Shown here one piece after another: positions 27,232-38,618 of a DNA stretch of 64,000 bases. The notes below the pieces were generated by a model. That model made no database searches. It had not been told where the DNA came from and worked only from the letters and a program-made list of their open reading frames with translations. The stretch is from Bacteroidales bacterium UBA5349 (lineage in GTDB: Bacteria; Bacteroidota; Bacteroidia; Bacteroidales; Tenuifilaceae). The stretch's first letter is position 1. The number at the start of each line of letters is the position of its first letter. The position numbers and the translations under genes are program-made. The DNA lies in NCBI GenBank assembly GCA_002410065.1, contig DHQB01000009.1, positions 229,195-293,194 on the forward strand, written 5' to 3'.

Positions 27232-28989
27232 ATGAAAACCAAAGGAAAAGTAACAGGCATTATCGCCAACCTTGTAACTGTTGAGGTTGATGGCCCCGTT
27301 GCACAAAACGAAATATGTTACATTTACCGCGGTGAAACCAAACTTATGGCTGAGGTAATTAAGATTACTGGCAAGTTTGCCTACGTTCAGGTCTTTGAGA
27401 GTACTCGTGGGCTTAAGGTTAACGATTCCGTGGAGTTTGAAGGGCATATGCTTGAAGCAACACTTGGACCGGGTTTGCTTTCGAAAAATTACGATGGCTT
27501 GCAGCACGATCTAGCTAAAATGGATGGTGTATTCTTAAAAGCTGGCGATTATACCGAGGCACTTGATTACGATGTTAAATGGACATTTACCCCCATTGCT
27601 AAACCTGGTGATACTGTTATTGCTGGCGATTGGCTTGGTGAAGTACCTGAAAATTGGGCTAGCCATAAAATTATGGTACCATTTAAGCTAAAAGGGACTT
27701 ATACCGTTAAATCAGTTGTTGATGGCGGAGACTATGTTGTAAACGAGACCATTGCAGTTATAACTGATAAAGATGGTAACGATATCAATGTATCCATGGA
27801 GCAAAAATGGCCTGTAAAACTTGCTATTACTGCTTTTAACAACAAGCCCAGGCCATTTAAGATTATGGAAACTGGGGTTCGTGTTATCGACACCTTTAAC
27901 CCTATTGCTGAGGGTGGAACAGGTTTTATTCCTGGACCCTTTGGTAGTGGAAAAACGGTTCTTCAGCACGCCATTTCAAAGCAAGCAGAGGCCGACCTTA
28001 TTATAGTTGCTGCTTGTGGGGAGCGTGCAAACGAGGTTGTGGAAATATTTGCTGAATTTCCTCACCTTGATGACCCTCGTACCGGTCGTAAGTTAATGGA
28101 ACGAACCACGATTATTGCCAATACTTCAAATATGCCGGTAGCATCTAGGGAGGCTTCGGTATATACTGCAATGACTATTGCAGAGTATTACCGCTCAATG
28201 GGTCTTAGAGTACTTCTTTTGGCCGATTCAACCTCTCGGTGGGCACAAGCACTTCGCGAGATGAGTAACCGCATGGAAGAGCTTCCTGGGCCCGATGCAT
28301 TCCCTATGGACTTACCCGCAGTTATTGCAAATTTCTACTCAAGGGCAGGTTTGGTTTACCTAAACAATGGAGAAATGGGGTCAGTTACCTTTATTGGTAC
28401 AGTTTCGCCAGCAGGTGGTAACCTTAAAGAACCCGTAACAGAATCTACAAAAAAGGCCGCTCGTTGTTTCTATGCTCTTTCGCAGCAGCGTGCAGATAGT
28501 AAGCGATATCCTGCAGTTGACCCCATGGAGTCTTATTCAAAATATTTGGAATATCCCGAGATTATTGAATATTTGAACAAAACCATTGACGAAAACTGGG
28601 TTAATGACGTGCTAAAGGCTAAAAACTACGTACAGAAAGGGAAAGAGGCTGCTGAACAAATCAATATCCTTGGTGACGACGGTGTGCCTATTGAATATCA
28701 CGATCGTTTATGGAAATCAGAACTTATCGACTTTATCATTCTTCAACAGGATGCTTTTGATAAAATTGATTCTTCGTGCCCGCTTAACAGACAAAAGTAT
28801 ATGCTCGATAGGGTGCTAAGTATCTGCGATATGAACTTTAAGTTTGATCATTTTGAGGACTGCTCAACATTCTATAAAAATGCGATTAATGTTTTACGTC
28901 AAATGAACTACTCTGTTTTTGAGAGTGACGAGTTCAAAAAGTACGAAAAAGAAATAGATACTTTACTTAACGAAAGAAAGGCAGAATAA
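27232..28989 (+). CDS. V-type ATP synthase catalytic subunit A
   Basis: P-loop GPFGSGKTV, AACGERANEV, LLADSTSRWAQALRE; 585 aa. Confidence 0.93.
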   Translation: MKTKGKVTGIIANLVTVEVDGPVAQNEICYIYRGETKLMAEVIKITGKFAYVQVFESTRGLKVNDSVEFEGHMLEATLGPGLLSKNYDGLQHDLAKMDGVFLKAGDYTEALDYDVKWTFTPIAKPGDTVIAGDWLGEVPENWASHKIMVPFKLKGTYTVKSVVDGGDYVVNETIAVITDKDGNDINVSMEQKWPVKLAITAFNNKPRPFKIMETGVRVIDTFNPIAEGGTGFIPGPFGSGKTVLQHAISKQAEADLIIVAACGERANEVVEIFAEFPHLDDPRTGRKLMERTTIIANTSNMPVASREASVYTAMTIAEYYRSMGLRVLLLADSTSRWAQALREMSNRMEELPGPDAFPMDLPAVIANFYSRAGLVYLNNGEMGSVTFIGTVSPAGGNLKEPVTESTKKAARCFYALSQQRADSKRYPAVDPMESYSKYLEYPEIIEYLNKTIDENWVNDVLKAKNYVQKGKEAAEQINILGDDGVPIEYHDRLWKSELIDFIILQQDAFDKIDSSCPLNRQKYMLDRVLSICDMNFKFDHFEDCSTFYKNAINVLRQMNYSVFESDEFKKYEKEIDTLLNERKAE

Positions 28990-30314
28990 TGGAGACTAAA
29001 GCTTTTCAAAAAATTTATACCCAGCTAGTTGGAATTACTAAGGCTACTTGTACGTTAAAAGCGCAAGGGGTAGCTAACGATGAGCTGGCCATGGTGCACG
29101 GTAGGTTGGCCCAAGTGGTAAAATTATACGGAGATATGATTACCCTTCAGGTTTTTGGAGGAACAGAGGGAATACCCACTAATGCTGAGGTAGTTTTCTA
29201 CGGTAAACCTCCAACACTAAAGGTGGGCGACGACTTAGCAGGTCGTTTTTTCAATGCATTTGGTCAACCTTTGTTTGGCGGAACCGAAATTGAAGGTGTT
29301 GAACGCGAAATTGGTGGCCCATCGGTTAACCCGCTTAGACGTAAGCAACCATCGGAGCTTATTGCAACAGGTATTGCTGGTATCGACCTGAATAACACTC
29401 TGGTAACAGGTCAGAAAATTCCATTCTTTGCCGATCCCGATCAGCCTTACAATCAGGTAATGGCCAACGTTGCGCTTCGTGCACAAGCCGATAAGATTAT
29501 TCTTGGTGGAATGGGACTAACCAACGACGACTTCTTATACTTTAAGAATGTATTCGAGAATGCTGGAGCTCTCGACCGTATTATTTGTTTTGTAAATACT
29601 ACAGAGCAACCACCTGTTGAGCGACTTTTAGTGCCCGATATGGCTCTTACAGCAGCAGAATACTTTGCAACAGAGAAAAATGAGAAAGTACTGGTTCTGC
29701 TAACCGATATGACTCTTTACGCTGATGCTTTGAGTATTGTATCGAACCGTATGGATCAAATCCCCTCGAAAGACTCAATGCCTGGTTCTTTATACTCTGA
29801 CTTGGCAAAAATTTACGAGAAAGCGGTTCAGTTTCCCGAGGGTGGATCGATTACCATAGTTGCAGTAACAACTCTTTCTGGAGGCGATATTACACACGCC
29901 ATTCCTGATAATACTGGATATATCACTGAGGGACAGCTATTCCTTCGTACCGATTCCGATACGAATAAGGTAATTGTTGACCCATTCCGAAGTTTATCAC
30001 GTCTTAAGCAGCTAGTTATTGGTAAGAAAACCCGTGAGGATCATCCACAGGTAATGAACGCTGCAGTTAGGCTTTATGCAGATGCGGCCAATGCCAAAAC
30101 CAAACTCGAAAACGGTTTCGACCTTTCGGATTACGATGAGCGTTGCCTGAAGTTTGCTCACGATTACTCGATTAAACTTCTTGCAATTGACGTTAATATC
30201 GAAATTGAATCAATGCTTAACCTTGGATGGGAACTGTTTGCCAAGCACTTTACTAAGGCAGAGGTTGCTATTCGTCAGGAGCTAGTTGATAAATATTGGC
30301 CAGCAAAGCAGTAA
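28989..30314 (+). CDS. V-type ATP synthase subunit B
   Basis: Non-catalytic B-type motifs: VLLTDMTLYADAL, SLYSDLAKIYE, GSITIVAVTT. The start overlaps the A stop. Confidence 0.92.
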   Translation: METKAFQKIYTQLVGITKATCTLKAQGVANDELAMVHGRLAQVVKLYGDMITLQVFGGTEGIPTNAEVVFYGKPPTLKVGDDLAGRFFNAFGQPLFGGTEIEGVEREIGGPSVNPLRRKQPSELIATGIAGIDLNNTLVTGQKIPFFADPDQPYNQVMANVALRAQADKIILGGMGLTNDDFLYFKNVFENAGALDRIICFVNTTEQPPVERLLVPDMALTAAEYFATEKNEKVLVLLTDMTLYADALSIVSNRMDQIPSKDSMPGSLYSDLAKIYEKAVQFPEGGSITIVAVTTLSGGDITHAIPDNTGYITEGQLFLRTDSDTNKVIVDPFRSLSRLKQLVIGKKTREDHPQVMNAAVRLYADAANAKTKLENGFDLSDYDERCLKFAHDYSIKLLAIDVNIEIESMLNLGWELFAKHFTKAEVAIRQELVDKYWPAKQ

Positions 30315-30326
30315 AAACCATTTACA

Positions 30327-30929
30327 ATGGCAATAAAATTTCAGTTCAATAAAACTTCGCTTAACGATCTTAACAAACAGTTAAAGGTTCGCCAGCGAGC
30401 TTTGCCTACTCTTAAAAACAAAGAATCGGCACTGCGAGCTGAGGTTAAACGTGCAAGAGACCAAGCAAAAGAGCTGGAGCAAAAACTGGAGCAAAAAATG
30501 CGAGAGTTTGACTACATGGTAAGCCTTTGGGGTGAGTTTGAGCACAACCTAATAAGCGTAGAAGACGTTAAGTTAAAAATCATAAAAATTGCCGGGGTAC
30601 GAATTCCTGTTTTAGAAGACGTTATTTTTAAGGTAAAAGATTATAGCCTGTTTGCACGTCCATTCTGGTATCCAACAGGAGTTGAGATACTTAAAGAATT
30701 GGCTAAAGTTGGTATCGAGAGTGTTTTTTATAGTGAAAAAATGCGTTTGCTAGACCATGCAAGGAAGAAGACCACGCAAAAGGTAAATCTTTACGAAAAG
30801 GTTCAAATACCCGGCTACGAAACTGCCATAATGAAAATTAAGCGCTTTATGGAGGATGAAGAGAACCTTGCCAAGTCATCAATGAAAATTGTGAAAAACC
30901 GACAGCAGAATATGGAGGTAGAAGCATGA
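30327..30929 (+). CDS. V-type ATP synthase subunit D
   Basis: A 200-aa helical protein (LPTLKNKESALRAEV) positioned after B. Confidence 0.8.
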   Translation: MAIKFQFNKTSLNDLNKQLKVRQRALPTLKNKESALRAEVKRARDQAKELEQKLEQKMREFDYMVSLWGEFEHNLISVEDVKLKIIKIAGVRIPVLEDVIFKVKDYSLFARPFWYPTGVEILKELAKVGIESVFYSEKMRLLDHARKKTTQKVNLYEKVQIPGYETAIMKIKRFMEDEENLAKSSMKIVKNRQQNMEVEA

Positions 30930-32749
30930 TAGTACCAATGATAAAATACGGATTCCTGGTATATCACCGCGATTTTGACTCTTTTCTGAGCAGGTTGCAG
31001 GAGATGGGAATGGTTGATATCGAAAGGCATACAACAGCGCTTTCCGATGAGGAACGCAGTTTACTAAATGACATCAATCGCTATAATCAAACGCTCAAAG
31101 AGTTAAAGATTAGGGCATCGCAACTAGACAAGATTAGCCAAGTGGCACCATTGGACTCTGAATCAGTTCTTTCAGAGTTTGAAACCTTAGTTAAAGAAAA
31201 AGAACAGATTGAAAACTCTATACGTAAGGCTCAGAAGGATTTAAATGATGTTAAGCCCTGGGGGAGTTTTAATATCGATCTACTTAAAACGCTTAGTGAA
31301 TCAGGTCTTAGCATTAAGTTCTACGTAACAAATGAGAAGGCCTTTGATGAGACTCTACTCGCAGAACATACTATAGAAGTGATTAACAATGAAGCGGGGC
31401 AGGTTTACTTTGTATGGATTCAACAGGGCGATAAAGACACTTCGCTCCCCATTGATGCTGTAGAGGTAAAAATACCAAACTACTCCGCATCTGGAAAAGA
31501 GACAGAAATAGCCACTTTCCGTGGTCGTATTAGCGAAATTGAAAATCGCATAAACGAGTTAACCCACTTTGTTTCACAGTTAGAGGCTACAAAGGATGAG
31601 TTAGTTAATCAATTTGAGATTAACTCCGTAACCCATAGTGCCGATAAACAAGCTGATGATAAGGTGTTGATTTTAAATGGCTGGGTTCCCCAACCAAAAA
31701 ACGATGAGTTTATTAAGTTTATTGAGCAGGAGAGCATTATTTATGTATCCGAAAAAGCAAAAAGAGAAGATAATGCCCCTATATTGCTAAAGAACAATCG
31801 ATTTGCTAGACTTTTTGAGCCAATAGGCAGTCTTTTTACAAATCCTACCTATGGTGAGTTAGATCTTACACCTCTTTTTGCCCCATTCTTCATGATGTTC
31901 TTTGGCTTTTGCCTAGGCGATGCTGGGTATGGTCTTGTTATGTTATTGGGCGCAAGCATTTTTAAGCGTAAGGTTAACAAAAAGATGCGCCCCATACTTT
32001 CGCTTGTTCAATGGTTAGCCCTAGCAACTATTATCTTTGGAATGATTACAGGAACATTTTTTGGCATTGAGCTAGTTAACGTGGAAATTCCCTTTATTCA
32101 GAAGTTTAAAAACTTGTTCCTTGACCAGAATCAACTTTTTGCTTTAGCCCTTATTGTTGGAGGAATCCAAATTGTTTTTGGTATGTTCGTTAAAGCTGCT
32201 AACGAGATAAGACTTTGGGGTTGGATGCATTCCATTACAACATTCAGTTGGCTACTTCTAATTCTCGGCACACTAGTCTTCTATGGTTTATCTATGGTTG
32301 AAGGACTGAATGTTGAATTTATGGGTATAGGCCATAAAATTATCTTAGGAGTTGCCGCTATAGGTATAATGTTCTTCAATAGCCCAGGCAAAAATCCTTT
32401 TGTAAACTTTGGGTTAGGGCTTTGGGGAGTATATAATATGGTAACCGGATTATTTGGTGATATACTATCCTATATCCGTCTGTTTGCGCTTGGTTTATCA
32501 AGTGCAATTCTGGGAAACGTTTTCAATAGTTTAGCCTTTGGTATGGCACCCGATATACCAGTAATTGGAGCAATTGTAACCATTCTTATTCTGGTTGCAG
32601 GCCACTCCATTAACCTGTTTATGGCTGCGCTGGGTTCGCTTGTGCATCCAATGCGATTAACATTTGTTGAGTTTTACAAAAACTCAGGCTTTATAGGTGG
32701 GGGAAAAACCTATCAACCTTTTGAGAAAAAAATTAAACAAACGATTTAG
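30926..32749 (+). CDS. V-type ATP synthase subunit I (a-subunit)
   Basis: A soluble coiled N-terminal half and a multi-TM C-terminal half, with the conserved SYIRLFALGLSS arginine segment. Confidence 0.88.
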   Translation: MIVPMIKYGFLVYHRDFDSFLSRLQEMGMVDIERHTTALSDEERSLLNDINRYNQTLKELKIRASQLDKISQVAPLDSESVLSEFETLVKEKEQIENSIRKAQKDLNDVKPWGSFNIDLLKTLSESGLSIKFYVTNEKAFDETLLAEHTIEVINNEAGQVYFVWIQQGDKDTSLPIDAVEVKIPNYSASGKETEIATFRGRISEIENRINELTHFVSQLEATKDELVNQFEINSVTHSADKQADDKVLILNGWVPQPKNDEFIKFIEQESIIYVSEKAKREDNAPILLKNNRFARLFEPIGSLFTNPTYGELDLTPLFAPFFMMFFGFCLGDAGYGLVMLLGASIFKRKVNKKMRPILSLVQWLALATIIFGMITGTFFGIELVNVEIPFIQKFKNLFLDQNQLFALALIVGGIQIVFGMFVKAANEIRLWGWMHSITTFSWLLLILGTLVFYGLSMVEGLNVEFMGIGHKIILGVAAIGIMFFNSPGKNPFVNFGLGLWGVYNMVTGLFGDILSYIRLFALGLSSAILGNVFNSLAFGMAPDIPVIGAIVTILILVAGHSINLFMAALGSLVHPMRLTFVEFYKNSGFIGGGKTYQPFEKKIKQTI

Positions 32750-32780
32750 ATAAACTATTTAAATAACAATAAACTAGTAA

Positions 32781-33233
<453 letters not shown>

Positions 33234-33255
33234 AAAATTAGATACTAATTCAGAA

Positions 33256-33286
33256 TAGCCCTTGTGATTCACAAGGGCTATTTTTA
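33256..33286 (+). terminator. Rho-independent terminator of the V-ATPase operon
   Basis: TAGCCCTTGTG (33256-33266), a 3-nt loop, CACAAGGGCTA (33270-33280), then TTTTT. Confidence 0.8.
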
Positions 33287-33505
33287 TGTGAATAAAAATG
33301 TAAAAAACAAAAGTAAAAGGGAAGTAATAATATACCATTGCTGCATTATTTGACACTTATTAGTCTGTAGTTCAAGAGATAAAAGCAAATATGATGTTTA
33401 ATCAACATTATCCATACTTTTAAAATGAGATGAGAATTATTAATGTTTGCTTGTTTTTATTAGTAAAGCCATTTAACTTAGCTTTTTAAACTAATAAAGA
33501 ATACC

Positions 33506-34168
33506 ATGGAAAACAAGAACAATTTTGATTTTAAGGAATTCATCCAAAGCTCACGCGATGTATTGGTAAATCCTAAAGAATTTTACAGTCGATTTGAGCT
33601 AACGGGGGGTATTGTACAACCTCTTATTAAGGCATTAATTTATGGTGCTATAGCTGGATTATTTTCAATGATCTGGAGTTTTGTTCACATAGGGGGTGCT
33701 TTTGGAGGAATGTTTGGTGGCGCTGCAGGTGTTGGTATATTCTTCATGACCATTATTGGAGCAGTGATTGGTGCTTTTATAATGGGGGTTATTGTTCTAG
33801 TTCTTTCCTCGATATGTGGTGGGAATACTGATTATGAGGCAAATTTTAGAGTTGCAGTATCAATTATGGTAGTTTACCCAATAACTGCATTACTTAGTTT
33901 TTTAGGAGGGATTAGTTTTTGGATAAGTACTCTAGTTGGTCTTGCTATCAATCTTTATGCAATATACATGCTATATTTTGGTTTAACGTTGTCACTAAAA
34001 GGTAAAGAACAATCAGCAAAAGTTACTGGTTTTGTTTTGGGAGGTCTACTAGTTTTATTTATGCTTATTGGTGCTGGAACGCGTCATGCGGCTAAAACAT
34101 ATTTAGATTATGGATCTAACCAAATTGAAAATAACCTTGAGAGCACAGAAGGAATAGCTGAAAACTAA
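33506..34168 (+). CDS. Yip1-family integral membrane protein
   Basis: The N-terminus (FKEFIQSSRDVLVNPKEFY) is followed by 5 glycine-rich TM helices, which is the typical Yip1/DUF1282 layout. Confidence 0.6.
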   Translation: MENKNNFDFKEFIQSSRDVLVNPKEFYSRFELTGGIVQPLIKALIYGAIAGLFSMIWSFVHIGGAFGGMFGGAAGVGIFFMTIIGAVIGAFIMGVIVLVLSSICGGNTDYEANFRVAVSIMVVYPITALLSFLGGISFWISTLVGLAINLYAIYMLYFGLTLSLKGKEQSAKVTGFVLGGLLVLFMLIGAGTRHAAKTYLDYGSNQIENNLESTEGIAEN

Positions 34169-34287
34169 AAAGGGAAAAACTAATGTCGTTTGCTCTTAAA
34201 AAAAGAGTAACTGCATAAGAATAGGTTCAAGATAATGCAAAAGAAATATAGATAAACATAGGAATAGCACCTTATCCATGTAATAAA

Positions 34288-34316
34288 GAAAAACAGCGCT
34301 TTGGCGCTGTTTTTTA
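34288..34316. terminator. Bidirectional terminator between convergent genes
   Basis: AAAAA-CAGCGC-tttg-GCGCTG-TTTTTT lies between the Yip1 stop and the ygiQ stop. Confidence 0.75.
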
Positions 34317-34331
34317 TTGCTATAGAGTAGC

Positions 34332-36086
34332 TTAGTTTTTGGGCTTAACCTTTATTATTTTTTTGGGTTTATAATACTTAGTAAAAAAAAGTTCGCGTTG
34401 TTTTAACTTTCCCACTTTGCTTCGCTCAACAAAAACCTTACTCCCTGTATAGGGATCAACTCCTGTGTAAAAAATTGTTGAGGCTAGTGTCATCGGAGTA
34501 GGCGTAAAGTCTTGAACCTGTTCTAGTTGTATCCCCATACTTTGTACCGTTTTGGAAAGACTCTGCATATGTTCAATTGAGCAACCCGGATGGCTTGAAA
34601 TAAAGTATGGTACTAACTGTTGGTTTAGCGCGTGTATTCGGTTTAGAGTATCGAATTTTTCTTTAAGCTGAATAAAGAGTCTAAAGTTAGGCTTTCGCAT
34701 ATGCTTAAGAACGTCTTCTTCGGTGTGCTCCGGGGCTACTTTAAGTCTTCCCGACACATGGTGCCTAACAACGTCCTCAAAGTATTGTCTGTTAGTCGAA
34801 TTACTCCAATCGGCAAACAAATCGTACCTTAAACCACTTCCAATAAAAGCCTTCTTAACCCCTTCAAGCGTTCTCGTTTTTTTATAGAGATTTATAAGTG
34901 GTTGGTGATCTGTATTTAAGTTAGCGCAGATCTTAGGGTATATACACGATGGTTTCTTGCACTTTTTACAGACATTAAGGTCAATGCCTTGCATCATGTA
35001 CATATTAGCCGATGGACCGCCTAAATCGCTTAAATAGCCCTTAAAATCAGGCATTTTTACTACTGTTTCAACCTCACGAAGAATTGAATTCTGCGATCGG
35101 CTAGAAATAAACTTACCCTGATGCGCCGATATTGTACAAAAACTGCATCCTCCAAAACATCCTCTATGGATATTTATCGAGAACTTAATCATTTCCCAAG
35201 CGGGTATGGTTTTCCCTCTATACCTTGGATGTGGTGATCGCATGAATGGTAAATCATAAATACAATCCATTTCGGGTGTAGAGGCAGGTTCTAATGGGGG
35301 ATTTACAATTACATATCCACTATCCACTGGCTCAATTAGCCGCTTACTCATAAGTTTATTCGACTCAATTTCAATATGCATAAAGTTTTCACCAAATTTT
35401 TGGGGCGACTTCAAGCAATCTTCAAAGCTATTGAGTACAATGCTCTCAACATCATCAGAATAAGCGTTTTCTTTTTTAGTGTAGAATGCTGTTTGGGGTA
35501 ATGTGTCAATGGTATTAATACTAGTCCCCGAGTTTATCAAATTGGCAATTTCAACAATTGTTCTCTCACCCATACCGTATACAATCAAATCGGCTTTGCT
35601 GCTTAGTAGGATACTTGGCAAGATTTCATCTTTCCAATAGTCATAATGGCTCAACCTACGTAAGGAGGCTTCAACCCCACCAAGAACAAGTGGAATTTCA
35701 GGGAAAAGGTTCTTTATGATATTCGAGTAAATATTTACCGCATAATCGGGCCTAAAACCCGATTCCCCGCCTGGAGTATAGGCATCGTCGCTGCGGAGCC
35801 TTTTGTTTGCAGTGTAATGGTTTACCATGGAATCCATGCTGCCCGAGGTAACGGCAAAGAAAAGGCGAGGTTTGCCTAGTTTTTTGAAATCACGAAGGTC
35901 GTCGCGCCAATTGGGTTGAGGTACAATTGCAACTTTATATCCAGCCTTTTCGAGCACACGTCCAACTACTGCTGCACCAAATGAAGGGTGATCAATATAG
36001 GCATCACCAGTAAAAAGGATAACATCTGCCTGTTCCCATCCAAGCACATCCATCTCCTTTTTTGAGGTAGGCAAGAATTTCGGCAT
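34332..36086 (-). CDS. ygiQ: YgiQ-family radical SAM protein
   Basis: N-terminus MPKFLPTSKKEMDVLGWEQADVILFTGDAYIDHPSFG and a radical-SAM cluster motif RGCFGGCSFC. The start is set at the internal Met (36086); the 36158 start would overlap queA. Confidence 0.85.
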   Translation of the reverse strand: MPKFLPTSKKEMDVLGWEQADVILFTGDAYIDHPSFGAAVVGRVLEKAGYKVAIVPQPNWRDDLRDFKKLGKPRLFFAVTSGSMDSMVNHYTANKRLRSDDAYTPGGESGFRPDYAVNIYSNIIKNLFPEIPLVLGGVEASLRRLSHYDYWKDEILPSILLSSKADLIVYGMGERTIVEIANLINSGTSINTIDTLPQTAFYTKKENAYSDDVESIVLNSFEDCLKSPQKFGENFMHIEIESNKLMSKRLIEPVDSGYVIVNPPLEPASTPEMDCIYDLPFMRSPHPRYRGKTIPAWEMIKFSINIHRGCFGGCSFCTISAHQGKFISSRSQNSILREVETVVKMPDFKGYLSDLGGPSANMYMMQGIDLNVCKKCKKPSCIYPKICANLNTDHQPLINLYKKTRTLEGVKKAFIGSGLRYDLFADWSNSTNRQYFEDVVRHHVSGRLKVAPEHTEEDVLKHMRKPNFRLFIQLKEKFDTLNRIHALNQQLVPYFISSHPGCSIEHMQSLSKTVQSMGIQLEQVQDFTPTPMTLASTIFYTGVDPYTGSKVFVERSKVGKLKQRELFFTKYYKPKKIIKVKPKN

Positions 36087-36123
36087 TGGTTTAATTTTGT
36101 TCAATGATCTTTTTTTAAATGAT

Positions 36124-37344
36124 TTATTTCGACTTAAATAGGATAGAGCTATCGCCATAGCTTAAAAACCTAAAACCATTCTGAATGGCATATTCGTAAA
36201 CTTTCTTCCAGTCATCGCCAATAAAAGCTGCTACCAGAAGCAAGAGCGTACTCCTTGGTTGATGAAAATTTGTTATCAGCGTATCAACAATCCTAAAGTT
36301 ATATCCGGGGACAATAATCATCTGCGTTGATGCCATTAAATAGTCTGTTCCCTCTTCTTCAATATAATTAAGTATTGCTTCCAACGATTGCTTTGCTGAA
36401 TAGTTATCGTTTAATTGATAAGCATCCCACTGATTAACATGTAAATTGGCTAAATTGTTCTCGCCTTCTATAATTTTAACGCCAAGCCAGTACAAACTCT
36501 CTAAAGTTCGCATAGATGTAGTACCTACAGCAACAATACTTCCTAAAGTTCTAATAATAGTCTTTAGGGCATCCTTAGTAATATATATGCGCTCGGTGTG
36601 CATTTCATGCTCACCAATGGTATCGGATTTAACGGGCTTAAATGTTCCTGCTCCAACATGTAGGGTAACCTCTGTAAATGAGCATCCTATCTCTTTTATT
36701 TTATTAATAACCGAAGGCGTAAAGTGTAATCCAGCCGTAGGAGCTGCCACTGAACCCTCGGGTTTTGCATAAACAGTCTGATAAGTTTGCTTGTCTGCAA
36801 TAACAGGTTCTCTGTTAAGGTATGGAGGAATTGGAACCTGTCCACAAGCTGCTACAATATCAGCAAATGTAATGGTATTGGAATTGGTCGACTTCCAGTT
36901 AAACTCAACAAAAGCGCCATCGGAGCTTCTCGATAGCATTTTTGCTTCCAGTTCAGCGTTTAAAGTAGGGATTTGTTGTACCAGAATCTCGCCTTTCCAT
37001 CGTTTTATATTCCCTATTACACAGTTCCAAACACATTGATTAGCAGAAGAGAAAGAGAATTGATAATCGCTAGGTTCAATAGGGTTTAGTAAAAAAATCT
37101 CAATGGAAGCACCGGTAATTTTTTTGAACTTAAGCCTTGCTTGGATAACCTTTGTGTTATTATAAACTATGGTTTGTTCCTTATTAAGTAATTCTGATAT
37201 TGAACTAAAAGTTGATTTAGTGATGCTTTTATTTTTATATATCAGCAACTTAGAATCATCCCTTTGACTTAATGGATATTTTGCAATCCTATCCTCATTA
37301 AGTAAATAGTCGTACTCCTCAATTCTAATGCTTTTAAGACCCAT
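36124..37344 (-). CDS. queA: S-adenosylmethionine:tRNA ribosyltransferase-isomerase
   Basis: RIAKYPLSQRDDSKLL, NNTKVIQARL, GSVAAPTAGLHFT, TLHVGAGTF, AVGTTSMRTLES, ITNFHQPRSTLLLLVAAF. Confidence 0.9.
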   Translation of the reverse strand: MGLKSIRIEEYDYLLNEDRIAKYPLSQRDDSKLLIYKNKSITKSTFSSISELLNKEQTIVYNNTKVIQARLKFKKITGASIEIFLLNPIEPSDYQFSFSSANQCVWNCVIGNIKRWKGEILVQQIPTLNAELEAKMLSRSSDGAFVEFNWKSTNSNTITFADIVAACGQVPIPPYLNREPVIADKQTYQTVYAKPEGSVAAPTAGLHFTPSVINKIKEIGCSFTEVTLHVGAGTFKPVKSDTIGEHEMHTERIYITKDALKTIIRTLGSIVAVGTTSMRTLESLYWLGVKIIEGENNLANLHVNQWDAYQLNDNYSAKQSLEAILNYIEEEGTDYLMASTQMIIVPGYNFRIVDTLITNFHQPRSTLLLLVAAFIGDDWKKVYEYAIQNGFRFLSYGDSSILFKSK

Positions 37345-37471
37345 CTGTCAGAATATTAGGGATAATTGGTTAACTTTGCGCCGCAAAAGTAATACTTTTA
37401 ATTCTATTTAGAGTTTAAAAAGGGTACTACGTTTTACTGTGTAACTCTCTAAATATTAATATAATACAAAA

Positions 37472-38563
37472 ATGAATTGTAGAGTAGGAGATAAGGTGCG
37501 TTTTTTGAACGACGTGGGTGGTGGAAAAGTTACCAGAATAGAGAAGAATACAGTTTATGTTATGGGTGAGGATGGCTTTGAGGTGCCAGTAATGGCATCA
37601 GAGGTTATAGTGGATAGCCAAGCAATTGATTCATTAATACAACAGAAACTGTTATTAAATCCTGATTCAAAGGAGGATAACACTACTGTGGGTTCATCAT
37701 CAAGTAAAATAATAACCAATTTACCCGAAGAGGTAGATTACTCCAAGGTGAATTTTTGTAAGGACTTAGACCAAGAGGTGGATGCAGAGGGTGAATTGCT
37801 TGGACTTTTTATAGGCTTTGTGCCAATAAATCAGAGCAATAAAACAGAATCCGATCAAGATCTTTTTATTATAAACGATAGTCCATACAGGTTGTTTTTA
37901 ACCATTTCAAAATGGGTAGATAATCTGCTCAGACCTATTTATGCTGGATTTCTGTATTCTGATACTAAGGAGCGCATAACTACTATTAAAAAGGAAGAAA
38001 TTAATGGCGAATTGATTCTTAATATACAGAGTATTTTCTTTAAAAACAGTGATTTTACTCCACAACAACCTGAATATTTTGACCTTAAGTTAAACCCAAC
38101 TAAGTTTTACAGATCGGGTACCTATTCAGCAAATGAGTTTTTCGATGAGGATGCTATGATCTTTTCAATAGCGGATACCAAAAAGGAGGAAGTACTTAAA
38201 ACTTTAACAGATAAGGCAATAGGAGAGTCTATTCTTCAAAAGGATGGTGACAGAAAAGCGGAGAAGAAAGAGGTTAAACCTTTGATTGAAGAGGTAGATT
38301 TGCATATCGATGAACTTGTTGATAATGCTAAAGAGCTTAAAGCAGGTGAGATACTGAATATCCAAATGGCACGTTTTAAAGTAGCCCTAGAAGGAGCTAT
38401 AATTGCAAAAAGCAGGAAAATTGTTTTCATTCATGGTGTTGGGAATGGCAAGTTAAAGCATGAACTTCTAAAAGAGTTAGAAAAAAACTATCCGAAGTTA
38501 AGATATCAAGATGCATCGTTCAGAGAATATGGCTATGGGGCAACAATGGTTTTTATCCGATAA
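37472..38563 (+). CDS. Smr-domain protein (Bacteroidota DUF2027-plus-Smr type)
   Basis: The C-terminal Smr domain reads EVDLHIDELV...KIVFIHGVGNGKLKHELLKEL. The DUF name for the N-terminal part is from memory. Confidence 0.65.
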   Translation: MNCRVGDKVRFLNDVGGGKVTRIEKNTVYVMGEDGFEVPVMASEVIVDSQAIDSLIQQKLLLNPDSKEDNTTVGSSSSKIITNLPEEVDYSKVNFCKDLDQEVDAEGELLGLFIGFVPINQSNKTESDQDLFIINDSPYRLFLTISKWVDNLLRPIYAGFLYSDTKERITTIKKEEINGELILNIQSIFFKNSDFTPQQPEYFDLKLNPTKFYRSGTYSANEFFDEDAMIFSIADTKKEEVLKTLTDKAIGESILQKDGDRKAEKKEVKPLIEEVDLHIDELVDNAKELKAGEILNIQMARFKVALEGAIIAKSRKIVFIHGVGNGKLKHELLKELEKNYPKLRYQDASFREYGYGATMVFIR

Positions 38564-38618
38564 GCAAATTCTTTGTAACACATTCTAAAATAGTTAGTAT
38601 AAATACTATATAATAACT

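Noticed and set aside
36087-36158. Longer ygiQ start overlapping queA by 35 nt
   Set aside because: The conserved YgiQ N-terminus begins at MPKFLPTS (36086), and the extension is basic filler.
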